Assembly: GCA_963709895.1 (NCBI GenBank)
Contig: CAVPYD010000014.1
Coordinates: 77,693-101,692 of the forward strand
Source: an uncultured Actinomycetota bacterium
Lineage (GTDB): Bacteria > Actinomycetota > Actinomycetes > Mycobacteriales > Nakamurellaceae
DNA length: 24,000 nucleotides
Direction: 5' to 3'
Position numbers and translations under genes: made by a program. Shown here piece by piece: positions 11,505 through 22,039 of this stretch (within the stretch, counting starts at the first letter, position 1; the number at the start of each line of letters is the position of its first letter). The notes beneath the pieces are model-generated. The model saw only the letters and a program-made list of their open reading frames with translations, did no database searches and was not told the DNA's origin.

Positions 11505-12845
11505 GTGAACGGACGCGACGACAACCCCGGCCATGACGGCCCCGAGCTGGCGACCGCCCAGAACGACCCGAATGCAACGAATGCCACGAATGACCAGATC
11601 GATATGACCGTTTCTGCCGACAGCGCCGACAGTGCCCAGCACCGACGGTGACGTCGTCACGCAGAGCAGCCGGTCTGCGCATCAGGCTGGCTCGACCACG
11701 CCGCCCCGGGCTGCGCCGCAAGGTGATCCTGGTCGGCGCCGCGGCGACCATCGGTCTGCTCGCGGTCGGTGGCGCGACGGCGGCCTCGCTGGCCAAGACC
11801 GTCACCATCACTGTCGACGGGCAACAGCGCCAGGTCACCACGCTGGCCGGTTCGGTGGACGGCGCGCTGTCCTCGGCCGGACTGCAGGCTGGCGAGCACG
11901 ACGTGCTGGCGCCGGCCGCCGGCACCGACATCACCGATGGCGCGCAGATCGCCCTCGAGCACGGTCGGCTGCTGACGCTGACCATCGACGGTCAGCAGCG
12001 TCAGGTGTGGACCACCGCCAAGACCGTTGACGAGGCGTTGAGCCAGCTGGGTCAGGACCCGAACGCGTTCCAGCTGTCCGCCGACCGTTCCCGCGCGATC
12101 CCGCTGGACGGGCTCGCCGTGACGGCCGATCCGCTGCGCACCGTGTCGGTGTCCGACGCGGGTGCACCGGCGGCCCCGGTCAAGACCGGCGCACGAACCG
12201 TTGCCGACGTGCTCACCGGCCTGAACACCCCGCTCGGCCCGAACGACACCGTCGTCCCCGACGCGTCGACGCCGGTGACGGACGGCCTGCAGATCACGGT
12301 GTTCCGGATCTCCATCGCCACCAGCACCGACACGGTGGACGTCGCGCCGGCCGACCAGCAGGTGGACGACCCCAACCTGAACAAGGGCAGCACCGCGGTC
12401 GCGCAGCAGGGTGTGCCCGGCAAGACGCAGGTCGTCACCCAGGTGACCACCGTCAACGGTCTCGAGCACGAGCGCAAGGAACTGTCCAGGACCGTTATCT
12501 CCGAGCCCACCCCGTCGATCACCCATGTCGGCAGCAAGTCCACGCTGGACGTGCAGGGCAGCCGGGTGTTCTTCCATGACACCGAGTTCGGTGTCAACTG
12601 GGACGGCATGGCGTATTGCGAATCGACGAACAACCCCAAGGCCGTGAACAACCCCGTCCGGGTATCTGTCCACCTACGGGCTGTTCCAGTTCGACATCCC
12701 GACCTGGGAGTCCGTCGGCGGCAGCGGCAACCCGCTGGATGCCTCGCCGGAAGAGCAGCTGATGCGCGCGAAGCTGCTGTACCAGAGCCGTGGCCTCGAG
12801 CCGTGGTTGTGCGGGTACGCGGCCTCCGGGCCGCCCGCCGGCTGA
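11505..12845 (+). CDS. RpfB-type protein, copy 3, with divergent catalytic domain; apparent frameshifts near 11640-11710 and at 12652-12655
   Basis: [47 protein letters not shown]...[10 protein letters not shown]...G5-like region...[21 protein letters not shown], then +1 frame [65 protein letters not shown] start 11505 is tentative. Confidence 0.85.
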
Positions 12846-12878
12846 TCGCCCACCCGCACTCGAGACAACGAACAAGTT

Positions 12879-12917
12879 GAGAAACGGACCCCGACCACTC
12901 GTCGGGGTCCGTTTCTC
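12879..12917 (+). terminator. Terminator hairpin downstream of rpf copy 3
   Basis: GAGAAACGGACCCCGAC-CACTC-GTCGGGGTCCGTTTCTC, perfect 17-bp stem followed by GTTTCTCC. Confidence 0.88.
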
Positions 12918-12984
12918 GTTTCTCCCGGCCGCCAGACGGCGAGTGGTTGACGCGCCCGCAACCCGCGCGTGTGAGGATGGTGCG

Positions 12985-13884
12985 GTGACCGATCGCGTGC
13001 GCCTGCTCGGCCCTGCCGAAATCCGCAGACTGGCCGAAGAGCTGGACCTGCACCCGACGAAGACGCTGGGTCAGAACTTCGTGCACGACGGCAACACCGT
13101 CAGACGCATCGTGGCCGCTGCCGACCTGCGGTCCACCGATCACGTGCTCGAGGTCGGTCCAGGCCTCGGCTCGCTCACCCTGGGTTTGCTCGACTCGGTG
13201 GCTGAGGTCACCGCGCTGGAGATCGATCCGCGCTTGGCGGAGTTGCTGCCGCGGACCGTCGCCGAACACGCCCCGGGGCGTGCCAAGGCCCTGCGGGTGA
13301 TCACCGCCGACGCCCTCGACGTCACGGCGGACCGGCTGGCGGTCCTCGATGACGTCCCAGCCCCGCCCGACCCGACCGCACTGGTGGCGAACCTGCCCTA
13401 CAACGTCGCGGTGCCGGTGCTGCTGCACCTGCTGGCGGAGGTGCCGACGCTGCGGCGGGTGCTGGTGATGGTGCAGTCCGAGGTCGCGGATCGGCTGGTG
13501 GCTCCGCCCGGATCGAAGACCTACGGCATCCCCAGCGCCAAGGCGGCGTGGTACGGCACCGCTCGGCGGGCGGGGTCGATCAGCAGGTCCGTCTTCTGGC
13601 CGGTTCCCGGGGTGGATTCGGCCCTGGTCGCTCTCGACCTGCATCCGCACCCCCGCACCGACGACCGGGCGGCGGTCTTCGCTGTCATCGACGCGGCGTT
13701 CGCGCAGCGGCGCAAGACGCTGCGCTCCGCGCTGGCCGATTGGGCCGGCTCGGCGGCCTTCGCCGAGTCCGTCTTGACCAGGGCAGGCATCGATCCGACA
13801 GCCCGCGGTGAGGTTCTCGCCGTCGACGACTTCGCCCGCATTGCGCGTGCCCTGGAACAGCTGGACGCGGTCGAGCACGAATGA
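12985..13884 (+). CDS. rsmA: 16S rRNA (adenine1518/1519-N6)-dimethyltransferase
   Basis: GTG start 12985 ([43 protein letters not shown]), [27 protein letters not shown]; KsgA family. Stop overlaps the ispE start. Confidence 0.96.
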   Translation: MTDRVRLLGPAEIRRLAEELDLHPTKTLGQNFVHDGNTVRRIVAAADLRSTDHVLEVGPGLGSLTLGLLDSVAEVTALEIDPRLAELLPRTVAEHAPGRAKALRVITADALDVTADRLAVLDDVPAPPDPTALVANLPYNVAVPVLLHLLAEVPTLRRVLVMVQSEVADRLVAPPGSKTYGIPSAKAAWYGTARRAGSISRSVFWPVPGVDSALVALDLHPHPRTDDRAAVFAVIDAAFAQRRKTLRSALADWAGSAAFAESVLTRAGIDPTARGEVLAVDDFARIARALEQLDAVEHE

Positions 13885-14804
13885 CCTCGGCGACAGCCAC
13901 ATTTGTCGGCACGATCCGGGTACGGGCCCCGGCGAAGATCAATTTGCACCTCTCGGTCGGGCCGGTGCGGCCGGACGGTTATCACGAACTCGTCACCGTG
14001 TTCCACGCCGTCGACCTCGTCGACGAACTGACCATCACCACCGCCGACCGTCATTCGGTCCGCACCGAGCCGTCGGACGGCGTACCCGCCGGTGCCAAGA
14101 ATCTGGCCGGTGCCGCGGCCAGGTTGCTGGCGCGGCGCAGCGGTGGTGGGGGACCGGTGGCCATCGAGATCACCAAGAACATTCCGGTGGCCGGTGGCAT
14201 GGCCGGTGGAAGTGCCGACGCCGCCGCCGCGCTGGTCGGCTGCGCGGCCCTGTGGCGGCTGGACATCGCCCGCAGCGAACTGGCGCAGATCGCCGCGGAT
14301 CTCGGGTCCGACGTGCCGTTCGCGCTGGCCGGCGGCACGGCTGTCGGCACCGGGCGGGGGGAGTTGCTCTCGCCGGTGCTGGCCCGAACCCCGCTGCACT
14401 GGGTGCTGGCGCTGGCCGACGAGGGTCTGTCGACACCGGCCGTGTTCGCCGAGTTGGACCGGCTGCGCGCCGTCGGCGACCCACCGAGGGTGGGACCGGT
14501 GCGCGACATCCTGGCAGCACTGGGCAGCGGTGACGCCGCGGCCGTCGCGGCGGCCCTCGGCAACGACCTGCAGGCCGCCGCCATCTCGTTGCAACCGGGT
14601 CTGCGGCGGACGCTGCGGGCGGGGATCGCGGCCGGCGCGCTGGCCGGAATCGTCTCCGGTTCCGGACCGACCATCGCATTGCTCTGCGCGGACGCCGAGT
14701 CGGCCGGTGGTGTCGCCGTCGAGCTGACCGGGTCCGGAACCTGTCGCGCGGTCCGGGTCGCCACCGGCCCCGCCCAGGGGGCCCGGATTGTCGGGACACG
14801 CTGA
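13881..14804 (+). CDS. ispE: 4-diphosphocytidyl-2-C-methyl-D-erythritol kinase
   Basis: [62 protein letters not shown]; GHMP kinase IspE motifs. Stop overlaps next ATG. Confidence 0.96.
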   Translation: MTSATATFVGTIRVRAPAKINLHLSVGPVRPDGYHELVTVFHAVDLVDELTITTADRHSVRTEPSDGVPAGAKNLAGAAARLLARRSGGGGPVAIEITKNIPVAGGMAGGSADAAAALVGCAALWRLDIARSELAQIAADLGSDVPFALAGGTAVGTGRGELLSPVLARTPLHWVLALADEGLSTPAVFAELDRLRAVGDPPRVGPVRDILAALGSGDAAAVAAALGNDLQAAAISLQPGLRRTLRAGIAAGALAGIVSGSGPTIALLCADAESAGGVAVELTGSGTCRAVRVATGPAQGARIVGTR

Positions 14805-16700
14805 TGGCCAATCTGGTCAACATCGAGTCGGCGACCGTCGTGCACGGCATGCGTACGGTGCTCGACGCGGTCTCCATCGGCGTGCAAACCGGTGATCGGG
14901 TCGGTGTTCTCGGTCTCAACGGGTCCGGCAAGACGACATTGCTCAAGCTGCTGGCAGGGATCGAGCACCCGGACTCCGGCCGGGTTGCGACGCTCCGGAA
15001 CACGGCCGTCGCCTTCGTCCCGCAGACATCGAACCTGCCCGACGACCGGACGGTGCGCGAGGCGGTGCTGCACACCTTCGGCGAGGCCGAACACGTGTGG
15101 GCGTCCGATGCGGCCGTGCGAGAGGTGCTCTCCGGCCTCGGGCTGCCCGGGATCGGCCTGGACAGTTCGCTCCGCACGCTGTCGGGCGGGGAACGGCGGC
15201 GGGTCGCGTTGGCCGCGGCGCTGGTGACGGATGCCGACCTGCTGGCCCTGGACGAGCCCACCAACCACCTGGACATCGAGGCGGTCGCCTGGCTGGCCGG
15301 GCACCTGCAGGGCCGGCGGGGTGCGTCGGTGGTGGTCACCCACGACCGCTGGTTTCTCGACGCCATCGCCACCACCACCTGGGAAGTGGTCGACGGCGCG
15401 GTGCTGGCCCGTGAGGGTGGTTACTCCGACTGGGTTTTCGCCAGGGCAGAGCGGCTGCGGCTGGACCGGGCCGCCGAGGAACGCCGGAAGAACCTGGCGC
15501 GCAAGGAGTTGGCCTGGCTACGGCGCGGGCCGCCTGCCCGGACCTCCAAGCCGCGCTACCGCATCGAGGCCGCCGAAGCCATCATCGCCGGCGAACCGGA
15601 GCCGCGAAACACCGTGGAGCTGCATGCTTTTGCGCGCCGCCGGCTGGGCGCGATCGTGCTGGAGCTGGAGGACGTCTGGGCGTCGGTGCCCGGTCCGGCC
15701 GGTTCGACGGGCTCCGCCCGCGGGTCGGCGGTCGGGGTCGAGACCAACCCGGCGCACGCCGGGGAGCGGGTGCTGTTGGCGGACGTCACCTGGCGGATCG
15801 GCCCTGGCGACCGGATCGGGGTGGTCGGCGTCAACGGGTCGGGCAAGTCCACCCTGCTGCGCATCCTGGTCGGCGAGCTGGCGCTGACCCGCGGCCGGCT
15901 CAAGACCGGCACCACCGTGCACCTGGGGTACCTGTCCCAGGAGGTCGGGGAACTGCCCGGCGCAGTCCCGGCTGATCGAAGCGATCACCGAGATCGCCTC
16001 CGTGGTCCAGCTGGGCGACAAGGATGTCTCGGCGTCGGCGCTGGCGGAACGCTTCGGCTTCACCCCCGCCCAGCAGTGGACGCGGGTGGCGGAACTGTCG
16101 GGTGGCGAGCGGCGACGGCTGCAATTGCTGCGCATCCTGATGGCCGAGCCGAACGTGCTCATCCTGGACGAACCGACCAACGACCTGGACACCGATACCC
16201 TGTCCGCGCTCGAGGATCTGCTCGACTCCTGGCCGGGCACGCTGATCGTGGTCAGCCACGATCGCTATCTCATCGAGCGGGTCACCGACGATGTGTACGC
16301 ACTGATGGGGGACGGCGCGATCACCCACCTACCGGGTGGGGTGGACGAGTACCTGCGCCGGCGTCGGGAGTCGGTGGCCGCGGAGCTGGCGCAGCAGTCC
16401 AGGGCGGGGAGCGCATCTTTCGGCGCGCCACCGCCCGCCGCGCCGGCGGGGTCGACCAGCTCGACCGCTGCTCAGGACGCCGCAGCGGTGCGCGGGCTGC
16501 GCAAGGACCTGCAACGCCTGGAGCGTCGGCTGGAATCGTTGCAGCGCAAGGAATCAGATCTGCACCACAAGCTGGCGGAGGTCGGCGCCGACTATGTCAC
16601 CGCCGCCGAATTGAACGCGTCGCTGTTGCAACTTCACGGCGAGGTCGCCGCAGCCGAGGCCGAGTGGCTGGCCGCGGCCGAGGCGCTGGAGAACAGTTGA
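14804..16700 (+). CDS. ABC-F family ATP-binding cassette protein; apparent single-base insertion near 15967-15969
   Basis: Walker A GLNGSGKTTLLKLL and GVNGSGKSTLLRIL; signatures LSGGERRRVALAAAL and LSGGERRRLQLLRIL; LDEPTNHLD and LDEPTNDLD; no TM segments. Second half lies in ORF 16002..16700. Confidence 0.93.
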
Positions 16701-16712
16701 GCCCGGGTCCCC

Positions 16713-16767
16713 CGAGCCACCACTTTCGGTCGTTTCCTACTGGGTAGGGGCCGAAAGTGGTGGCTCG
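16713..16767. terminator. Bidirectional terminator between convergent ABC-F gene and hydrolase
   Basis: CGAGCCACCACTTTCGG (16713-16729) / CCGAAAGTGGTGGCTCG (16751-16767), perfect 17-bp stem with inner CCTAC-TGG-GTAGG. Confidence 0.85.
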
Positions 16768-16785
16768 ATGAGATATCAGGGCGTG

Positions 16786-17541
16786 TCAGCGGGTCAGGAA
16801 CGGCATCACCACGGCGGCGAAGGAGTCCGGCGCACTGGCGTGCCCGCGCCGCGAGCCCTCCAGATCGGCACGAACAGCGCCGGGGATGGCGGCGGCCAGC
16901 AGGTCCAGCAGCGCGCGCTGCCCGGCATCGTCGGAACCGGCGCCGATGATCAAGGTGGGCGCGGTGATCTGGGCCAGCGACTCCCACCACCGGGGGTCGG
17001 CGTGCGCCAGTTGGGCGAGCACCGCGCGCGCCCGGGAGAAGCCGTGCACGTTCTGCTTGATCTTCCCGCGCCGCAGCGTCGTGACCGCGCCGTTGATCGC
17101 CATCCCTGGCGACATCCGGCTGCTCACCGGCGGTCCCGAGCGCGGCGGCGCGGCCGGCTGCTCCAGCACCAGCCGCCGCACCAGCTGGGGGTCCTTGGCC
17201 GCGACGCTGGCCGCCAGGTAGGCGCCGAAGCCGCAGCCCACCACGTCCACCGGGTCGGTCGACAGATGCTCGATCACCCGGCGGAGGTGATCGACGAAGG
17301 CGGCCAACTCCGAGCCACGAACGGGGTCGCTGTGCCCGGTGCCGGGCAGGTCGATCGCCACCAGCTGCCGATCGGCGTCGCAGACCTTGTGGGTCAGGCC
17401 TTCCCACGTCGCCGCCGACGACCCCAGGTCGGGGACGGACAGGATGGGGTCCCCGGTGCCGTTGGAGTAGATGCGGACGTCGCGCTCGTCGATGGTCAGG
17501 TCGTAGATCGCGCTGAAGGCCATTCGTGCATCGTCTCCCAT
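16786..17541 (-). CDS. Alpha/beta hydrolase
   Basis: MGDDARMAFSAIYDLTIDERDVRIYSNGTGDPILSVPDLGSSAATWEGLTHKV..., VAIDLPGTGHSD, DVVGCGFGAYLAASVA (nucleophile position Cys in G-x-C-x-G rather than Ser). Confidence 0.85.
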   Translation of the reverse strand: MGDDARMAFSAIYDLTIDERDVRIYSNGTGDPILSVPDLGSSAATWEGLTHKVCDADRQLVAIDLPGTGHSDPVRGSELAAFVDHLRRVIEHLSTDPVDVVGCGFGAYLAASVAAKDPQLVRRLVLEQPAAPPRSGPPVSSRMSPGMAINGAVTTLRRGKIKQNVHGFSRARAVLAQLAHADPRWWESLAQITAPTLIIGAGSDDAGQRALLDLLAAAIPGAVRADLEGSRRGHASAPDSFAAVVMPFLTR

Positions 17542-17587
17542 GACGTCGGTGCCAACCGTTCCCGGCGTCGCACCGGCTTCGGCCCGT

Positions 17588-18559
17588 TCAGTATGCCGAG
17601 GGCTCCGGTGGTGCTGTGGCGCCGTGGTAGGTGGTCGCCAGCGCCCCCGCGATGCAGGCCAGCCGGACGGCCTCGGCGGGCGCCAACCCCCGAGCCCAAG
17701 CGACGGCCAGCGTACCGGTGAAGGCGTCCCCGGCTCCGGTGGTGTCCACCGCGACAACGGGCGGTGCCGGGATCTCGCAGCGGGCGCCGTCGGGACCGGC
17801 GTAGCGCGCTCCCGAAGCCCCCAGGGTGGTGACCACGTGCGGAACTCCGGCCAGCGCAGCCGGTCCCAGCGCGTCTGCCTCACCCTCGTTCAGCACGAGA
17901 ACCGTGATCAGCTCGAGCAACTCGGCGGTCAGCGGTGCAACGGGCGACGGATTGAGCAAGACCGGAACACCCGCGGCGGCCGCGGCCCGTGCGCCGGCCA
18001 GCACCGTCGGCATCGGCAACTCGAGCTGGATGAGCAGCATGTCCGCGCCGGCGATGAGCTCCGCGTCGGGCGCGGTCACCCGCACCCGAGCATTGGCCCC
18101 GGGTACCACGACGATCGTGTTCTCCGCAGCGTCGTCCACCGTGATCAGCGCGATGCCGCTGGACCCCGGCACCGCGCCGAGTCGATCGGTGGACACCCCC
18201 GCCGCGGCCAGCCCGCGGGCCAGCCGTCGCCCATAGTCGTCGTCACCGATCGCGCCGACGAAGGACACCCGACCGCCCGCCCTGGCCGCCGAGATCGCCT
18301 GGTTCGCGCCCTTGCCACCCGGCAGCGTGGCGAAATCCGTTCCCGCCGCTGTCTCACCGGGTCCGGGCAGGTGGCGAGTGCGCACCACCAGGTCCATGTT
18401 GACGCTGCCGAGCACCACCAGCCGGGGCGACGCGCCGCCGCCCGTTGCCGGGCCAGGGGACGACGCCGTCGCTCGCTCCGGCACGGTCGCTCGCTCCGGC
18501 ACGGACGCATGCGCCGGCGGGGTACCTGCCACCCGGGCCTCCCGTCTCGCCTTCTCCAT
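17588..18559 (-). CDS. rbsK: Ribokinase / PfkB family carbohydrate kinase
   Basis: LVVLGSVNMDLVVRTRHLPGPGETAAGTDFATLPGGKGANQAISAARAG, and DTTGAGDAFTGTLAVAWARG. ATG 18559 within the over-long ORF 17588..20572. Confidence 0.9.
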   Translation of the reverse strand: MEKARREARVAGTPPAHASVPERATVPERATASSPGPATGGGASPRLVVLGSVNMDLVVRTRHLPGPGETAAGTDFATLPGGKGANQAISAARAGGRVSFVGAIGDDDYGRRLARGLAAAGVSTDRLGAVPGSSGIALITVDDAAENTIVVVPGANARVRVTAPDAELIAGADMLLIQLELPMPTVLAGARAAAAAGVPVLLNPSPVAPLTAELLELITVLVLNEGEADALGPAALAGVPHVVTTLGASGARYAGPDGARCEIPAPPVVAVDTTGAGDAFTGTLAVAWARGLAPAEAVRLACIAGALATTYHGATAPPEPSAY

Positions 18560-18670
18560 CTCGCCTGCCGTGCCCTGCCCTGCCGCGGCGCGATCGTCGG
18601 CGCGACGATATCGGACCCGTCGACGGCAGATCGACCGTGATGACGAGTTCCGTGGCTTACCGTGTCGGCT

Positions 18671-20362
18671 ATGAGCGCGTTCACCGATGCACTGCGCAAC
18701 GCCGCCGCCTCCGATGCGGGGATGGTCACGGGCGAGCCGCACGATCCGATCAGGACCAGTTGGGGGCAGGTGCACGCCGCGGCGATCACCGGCGCCCGCC
18801 GGCTCGCAGAGAACGGGATCGGCCCGGGCGACGCGGTGGCGGTGCTGGCCGCCGGCCCGGCCGAGGTCGCCCCGGTGGCGCAGGCGGTGTGGCTGGCCGG
18901 CGGGTCCGTGACGATGCTGCACCAACCGACCGCGCGCACCAACCTCGCCAGCTACGCGGAGGAAACGGCAGGTGCGCTCACCCTGATCAGCGCCAGGGCG
19001 ATCGTGCTGGGCGACCCGTTCACCGAATTCGTCGACATGCTGGAGGGGTCCGGCATCCTGGCATTCACCGTCGCGGATCTGCTGGCCGACGTGACCGGCG
19101 CGCCCGACGGAGCAGCGCCTGGAGCCGGCATCGGTGACGACATCGACATCGAGATCGGCGAGGACCTGCCGGCCCTGCTGCAGCTCACGTCGGGCTCCAC
19201 GGCCCGGCCGAAGGCAGTCCAGATCACCCACCGGAACCTCTGGGCGAACGTGCAGGCCATGTGTGCCAGCGCCGGCATCCACCCCGGCGAGGTGATGGTT
19301 TCCTGGCTGCCGCTGTTCCACGACATGGGCATGGTCGGGTTCCTCACCCTGCCGATGTGTCAGGGCGTCGAACTGGTCACGGTCACCCCGCGGGATTTCC
19401 TGTCCGCACCGTTGCTGTGGCCGACGTTGATCAGCAAGTACCGCGGAACCATCACTGCCGCACCGAATTTCGCGTACGCGCTGACCGCCCGGGTGCTGGC
19501 AAGGGCGGACGGGCTCGACCTGACCAGCATGCGGTTCGCGCTCAACGGCGCCGAGCCGATCGACGTCGGTGCGGTGCGCGCGTTCCTGGCCGCCGGTGCC
19601 AGGTTCGGGCTGTCCGACAACGCGGTCGTCCCCGCCTACGGGATGGCCGAGGCGACGCTGGCCATCTCCTTCCACCCCTGGGGGACGCCGCTGAAGGTCG
19701 ACACGGTGGACGCGGCGGCCCTGGAGGAGCAGCGTCGCGCGGTACCCGTCGCCGCGGCGTCGGACGCAACGGAGGCGGCCGCCGACAGCGCAGAGACCAG
19801 GACCTTCCCGGTGCTGGGGCCGCCGCTGAACGGGATCGACGTGATCGTCGTGGGTCCGGACGGCGAGAAGCGCGCGGACCGGGAGGTCGGGGTGCTGCAC
19901 CTGCGCGGCGAGTCGATCACCGACCTCTACCTGACGGTGGAGGGCCCGGTACCCACCCGCGACCCGGACGGGTGGCTGGATACCGGCGATCTGGGCTACC
20001 TCGTCGACGGTGAGGTGGTGGTCTGCGGGCGGGTCAAGGACGTGATCATCATGGGCGGCCGGAACATCTACCCGACGGACATCGAGCGGATCGCCGAGCA
20101 GGTGGAGGGCGTGCGGGCCGGCAACGCGGTGGCCGTGCGCTGGCAGACCCCAGGAGGCCGTGAGTCCTTCGCACTCGCGGTGGAATCGCGGCAGGCGGGT
20201 GATGACGCCCAGGCCGCCCGGATCGCGACGGAGATCAGGGCGGCGGTGACCTCGGCGATCGGCGTCCGGCCCGCCGCGGTGACCGTGTTGCCGGTGGGCA
20301 GCCTCCCGAAGACCCCGTCCGGAAAGCTGAGGCGTTCCGCCGCGGGCTCGCTGATCAGCTGA
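18671..20362 (+). CDS. Fatty acyl-AMP ligase-like / AMP-dependent synthetase
   Basis: LLQLTSGSTARPKAVQITHRNL, SWLPLFHDMGMVGFLTLPM, PAYGMAEATLAISF, WLDTGDLGYLVDGEVVVCGRVKDVIIMGGRNIYPTDIE, SLPKTPSGKLRR. Start ATG 18671 or upstream GTG 18662. Confidence 0.92.
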   Translation: MSAFTDALRNAAASDAGMVTGEPHDPIRTSWGQVHAAAITGARRLAENGIGPGDAVAVLAAGPAEVAPVAQAVWLAGGSVTMLHQPTARTNLASYAEETAGALTLISARAIVLGDPFTEFVDMLEGSGILAFTVADLLADVTGAPDGAAPGAGIGDDIDIEIGEDLPALLQLTSGSTARPKAVQITHRNLWANVQAMCASAGIHPGEVMVSWLPLFHDMGMVGFLTLPMCQGVELVTVTPRDFLSAPLLWPTLISKYRGTITAAPNFAYALTARVLARADGLDLTSMRFALNGAEPIDVGAVRAFLAAGARFGLSDNAVVPAYGMAEATLAISFHPWGTPLKVDTVDAAALEEQRRAVPVAAASDATEAAADSAETRTFPVLGPPLNGIDVIVVGPDGEKRADREVGVLHLRGESITDLYLTVEGPVPTRDPDGWLDTGDLGYLVDGEVVVCGRVKDVIIMGGRNIYPTDIERIAEQVEGVRAGNAVAVRWQTPGGRESFALAVESRQAGDDAQAARIATEIRAAVTSAIGVRPAAVTVLPVGSLPKTPSGKLRRSAAGSLIS

Positions 20363-20425
20363 CCCCGCGTCTCGCCGAACTCTGCCTCCACCCGGGCCCC
20401 GAGGCAAGAACCCCTGCGCCACAAC

Positions 20426-20479
20426 CCACTCAGCGCCGCTTTCGCGAACTCGGCGCCGGAATATGCCGGCGCTCAGTGG
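20426..20479. terminator. Compound hairpin between convergent acyl-AMP ligase and pth
   Basis: CCACTCAGCGCCG (20426-20438)/CGGCGCTCAGTGG (20467-20479), 12 of 13 pairs; competing inner GCGCCGG-N6-CCGGCGC (20453-20472). Confidence 0.45.
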
Positions 20480-20581
20480 CGAATCGTGGCGCCGGGAGGG
20501 CTCGACGAGCGGCATGAGCTCCCAGCTGCCCGGCGGTGGTGCCGGTGCAAGATCCGCAACGACGTACCCCACCGACGAGCG

Positions 20582-21178
20582 TCAATGCAGGGCGTTCTGG
20601 GTGACCAGCAGCCCGGATTCCATCAGCATCGTGGCCGCATCCGCGGCGTGCTCCAGATCGACGGCGAGATCCTTGCGCTCGGCGGCCGAGAAATCCCGCA
20701 GCACGTAATCCGCCGGATCCATCCGGCCGGGCGGCCGGCCGATGCCGAACCGCACCCGCAGGTAATCCTTGGTGCCCAGCGAGGCGGAGATCGACCGCAG
20801 GCCGTTGTGACCGCCCTCGCCGCCGCCGAACTTGACCCGGATGGTCCCGTAGGGCAGGTCCAGTTCGTCGTGCAGCGCGACCACCTGGGCCGGCTCGATC
20901 GAGAAGAAGCGGGTCAGCGCCGCCACCGGTCCGCCCGAAAGGTTCATGTACGAGCGGGGTTTGGCCAGCACGACCCTGGTGCCGGCCAGTCGCCCGTCCA
21001 GCACGTCGGCCCCGGACTTGTGGCTCTTGAAGCCGGAGCCCATTCGCGCAGCGAGTACATCGGCGATCATGGCCCCGACGTTGTGCCGGTTCCCCGAGTA
21101 CGTCTTGCCCGGGTTGCCGAGGCCGACGACAACGAATCGATCGTCGGCCACGGCATGTCCCGTCTGTGTGACGCCCAC
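20582..21178 (-). CDS. pth: Peptidyl-tRNA hydrolase
   Basis: FVVVGLGNPGKTYSGNRHNVGAMIADVLA, LAKPRSYMNLSGGPV, ALHDELDLPYGTIRVKFGGGEGGHNGLRSI. Start may be the GTG at about 21151. Confidence 0.96.
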   Translation of the reverse strand: MGVTQTGHAVADDRFVVVGLGNPGKTYSGNRHNVGAMIADVLAARMGSGFKSHKSGADVLDGRLAGTRVVLAKPRSYMNLSGGPVAALTRFFSIEPAQVVALHDELDLPYGTIRVKFGGGEGGHNGLRSISASLGTKDYLRVRFGIGRPPGRMDPADYVLRDFSAAERKDLAVDLEHAADAATMLMESGLLVTQNALH

Positions 21179-21237
21179 CGGTGAGGACCCCGGTGGCTGG
21201 GTGGCCTCCCCGGCTGCGCTCGGGGGCCACCGTTCGG

Positions 21238-21861
21238 TCAGTCCTCCGGAGTCTGCGGCTGATCCCGCTCGACGCCGGCCTCAGCCTCGGCCTGCTCGGT
21301 CTCGGCCTCGACCTCTTCGGCCGTCGGCGCGTTCTGCACGGAGACCACGAGCGCCTCCGGGTCGGTGACCAGGGTGGCGCCGGCCGGCAGCGCGACGTCG
21401 CCGGCCAGGAACTGCGTTCCCGCTTCGGCGCCCTCGATGTCGACCGTCAGGCTCTCCGGAATGCTCATCGCCTCGACCTCGATGGACAGCGAGTTCGCGT
21501 CAGTGAGCACCAGTGTGCCGGACGCGGCCTCACCGGTGACGACGACCTGGATGTCGACGGTGACCTTCTCGCCGCGGCGGATCACCAGCAGGTCGACGTG
21601 CTCGACGTAGTCGCGCAGCGGGTGCCGGACAACGGACTTCGGCAGCGCGAGCTGGTCGCCGTCGGGGAACTCCAGGGTGAGCACCGTGTTGGCGCCGCCC
21701 TTCATCGCATGGGCGAAGTCCCGGGCCGGCAGGGACAGGTGCCGCGGGTCGAGGCCGTGGCCGTACAGCACGGCGGGGATCTTGCCGGCCCGGCGGGTGC
21801 GACGAGCGCCACCCTTCCCGAACTCGGTGCGGGTTTCGGCGATCAGTCGTACTTCGGCCAC
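21238..21861 (-). CDS. rplY: 50S ribosomal protein L25/general stress protein Ctc
   Basis: VAEVRLIAETRTEFGKGGARRTRRAGKIPAVLYGHG...RHPLRDYVEHVDLLVIRRGEKVTVDI; CTC/TL5-type with C-terminal acidic tail; GTG start 21861. Confidence 0.95.
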   Translation of the reverse strand: MAEVRLIAETRTEFGKGGARRTRRAGKIPAVLYGHGLDPRHLSLPARDFAHAMKGGANTVLTLEFPDGDQLALPKSVVRHPLRDYVEHVDLLVIRRGEKVTVDIQVVVTGEAASGTLVLTDANSLSIEVEAMSIPESLTVDIEGAEAGTQFLAGDVALPAGATLVTDPEALVVSVQNAPTAEEVEAETEQAEAEAGVERDQPQTPED

Positions 21862-22039
21862 TGCAAACTCCTGACAACGTGAAGAAACGGATGTTCTCTG
21901 GTCTGACTCTCGGGTTCCTACTGCGCGGTGGATCTGCATCACCCCGGTTCACGGCACGGGGGCAGAAACCCACCGCGCCGATTACGGCTGACCAGTTGAC
22001 GGCACGCCAACGGGTCGCCCTCGCCGAGGCAACGGGTCC

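Noticed and set aside
11569-11595. Three tandem 9-mers CGAATGCAA CGAATGCCA CGAATGACC as a regulatory iteron
   Set aside because: It falls within the probable N-terminal coding part of rpf3 ([11 protein letters not shown]) and is explained by an Asn/Ala/Thr-rich peptide.
11657-13902. 338-aa and 616-aa minus-strand ORFs opposite rpf3 and ksgA
   Set aside because: Antisense shadows of well-supported genes in high-GC DNA.
14051-15378. 430-aa and 402-aa minus-strand ORFs opposite ispE and the ABC-F gene
   Set aside because: No family resemblance and fully overlap ispE and the first part of the ABC-F gene.
17588-20572. 994-aa minus-strand ORF
   Set aside because: Only the last 324 codons (from ATG 18559) encode a recognisable ribokinase. 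The rest is the high-GC antisense shadow of the acyl-AMP ligase gene.
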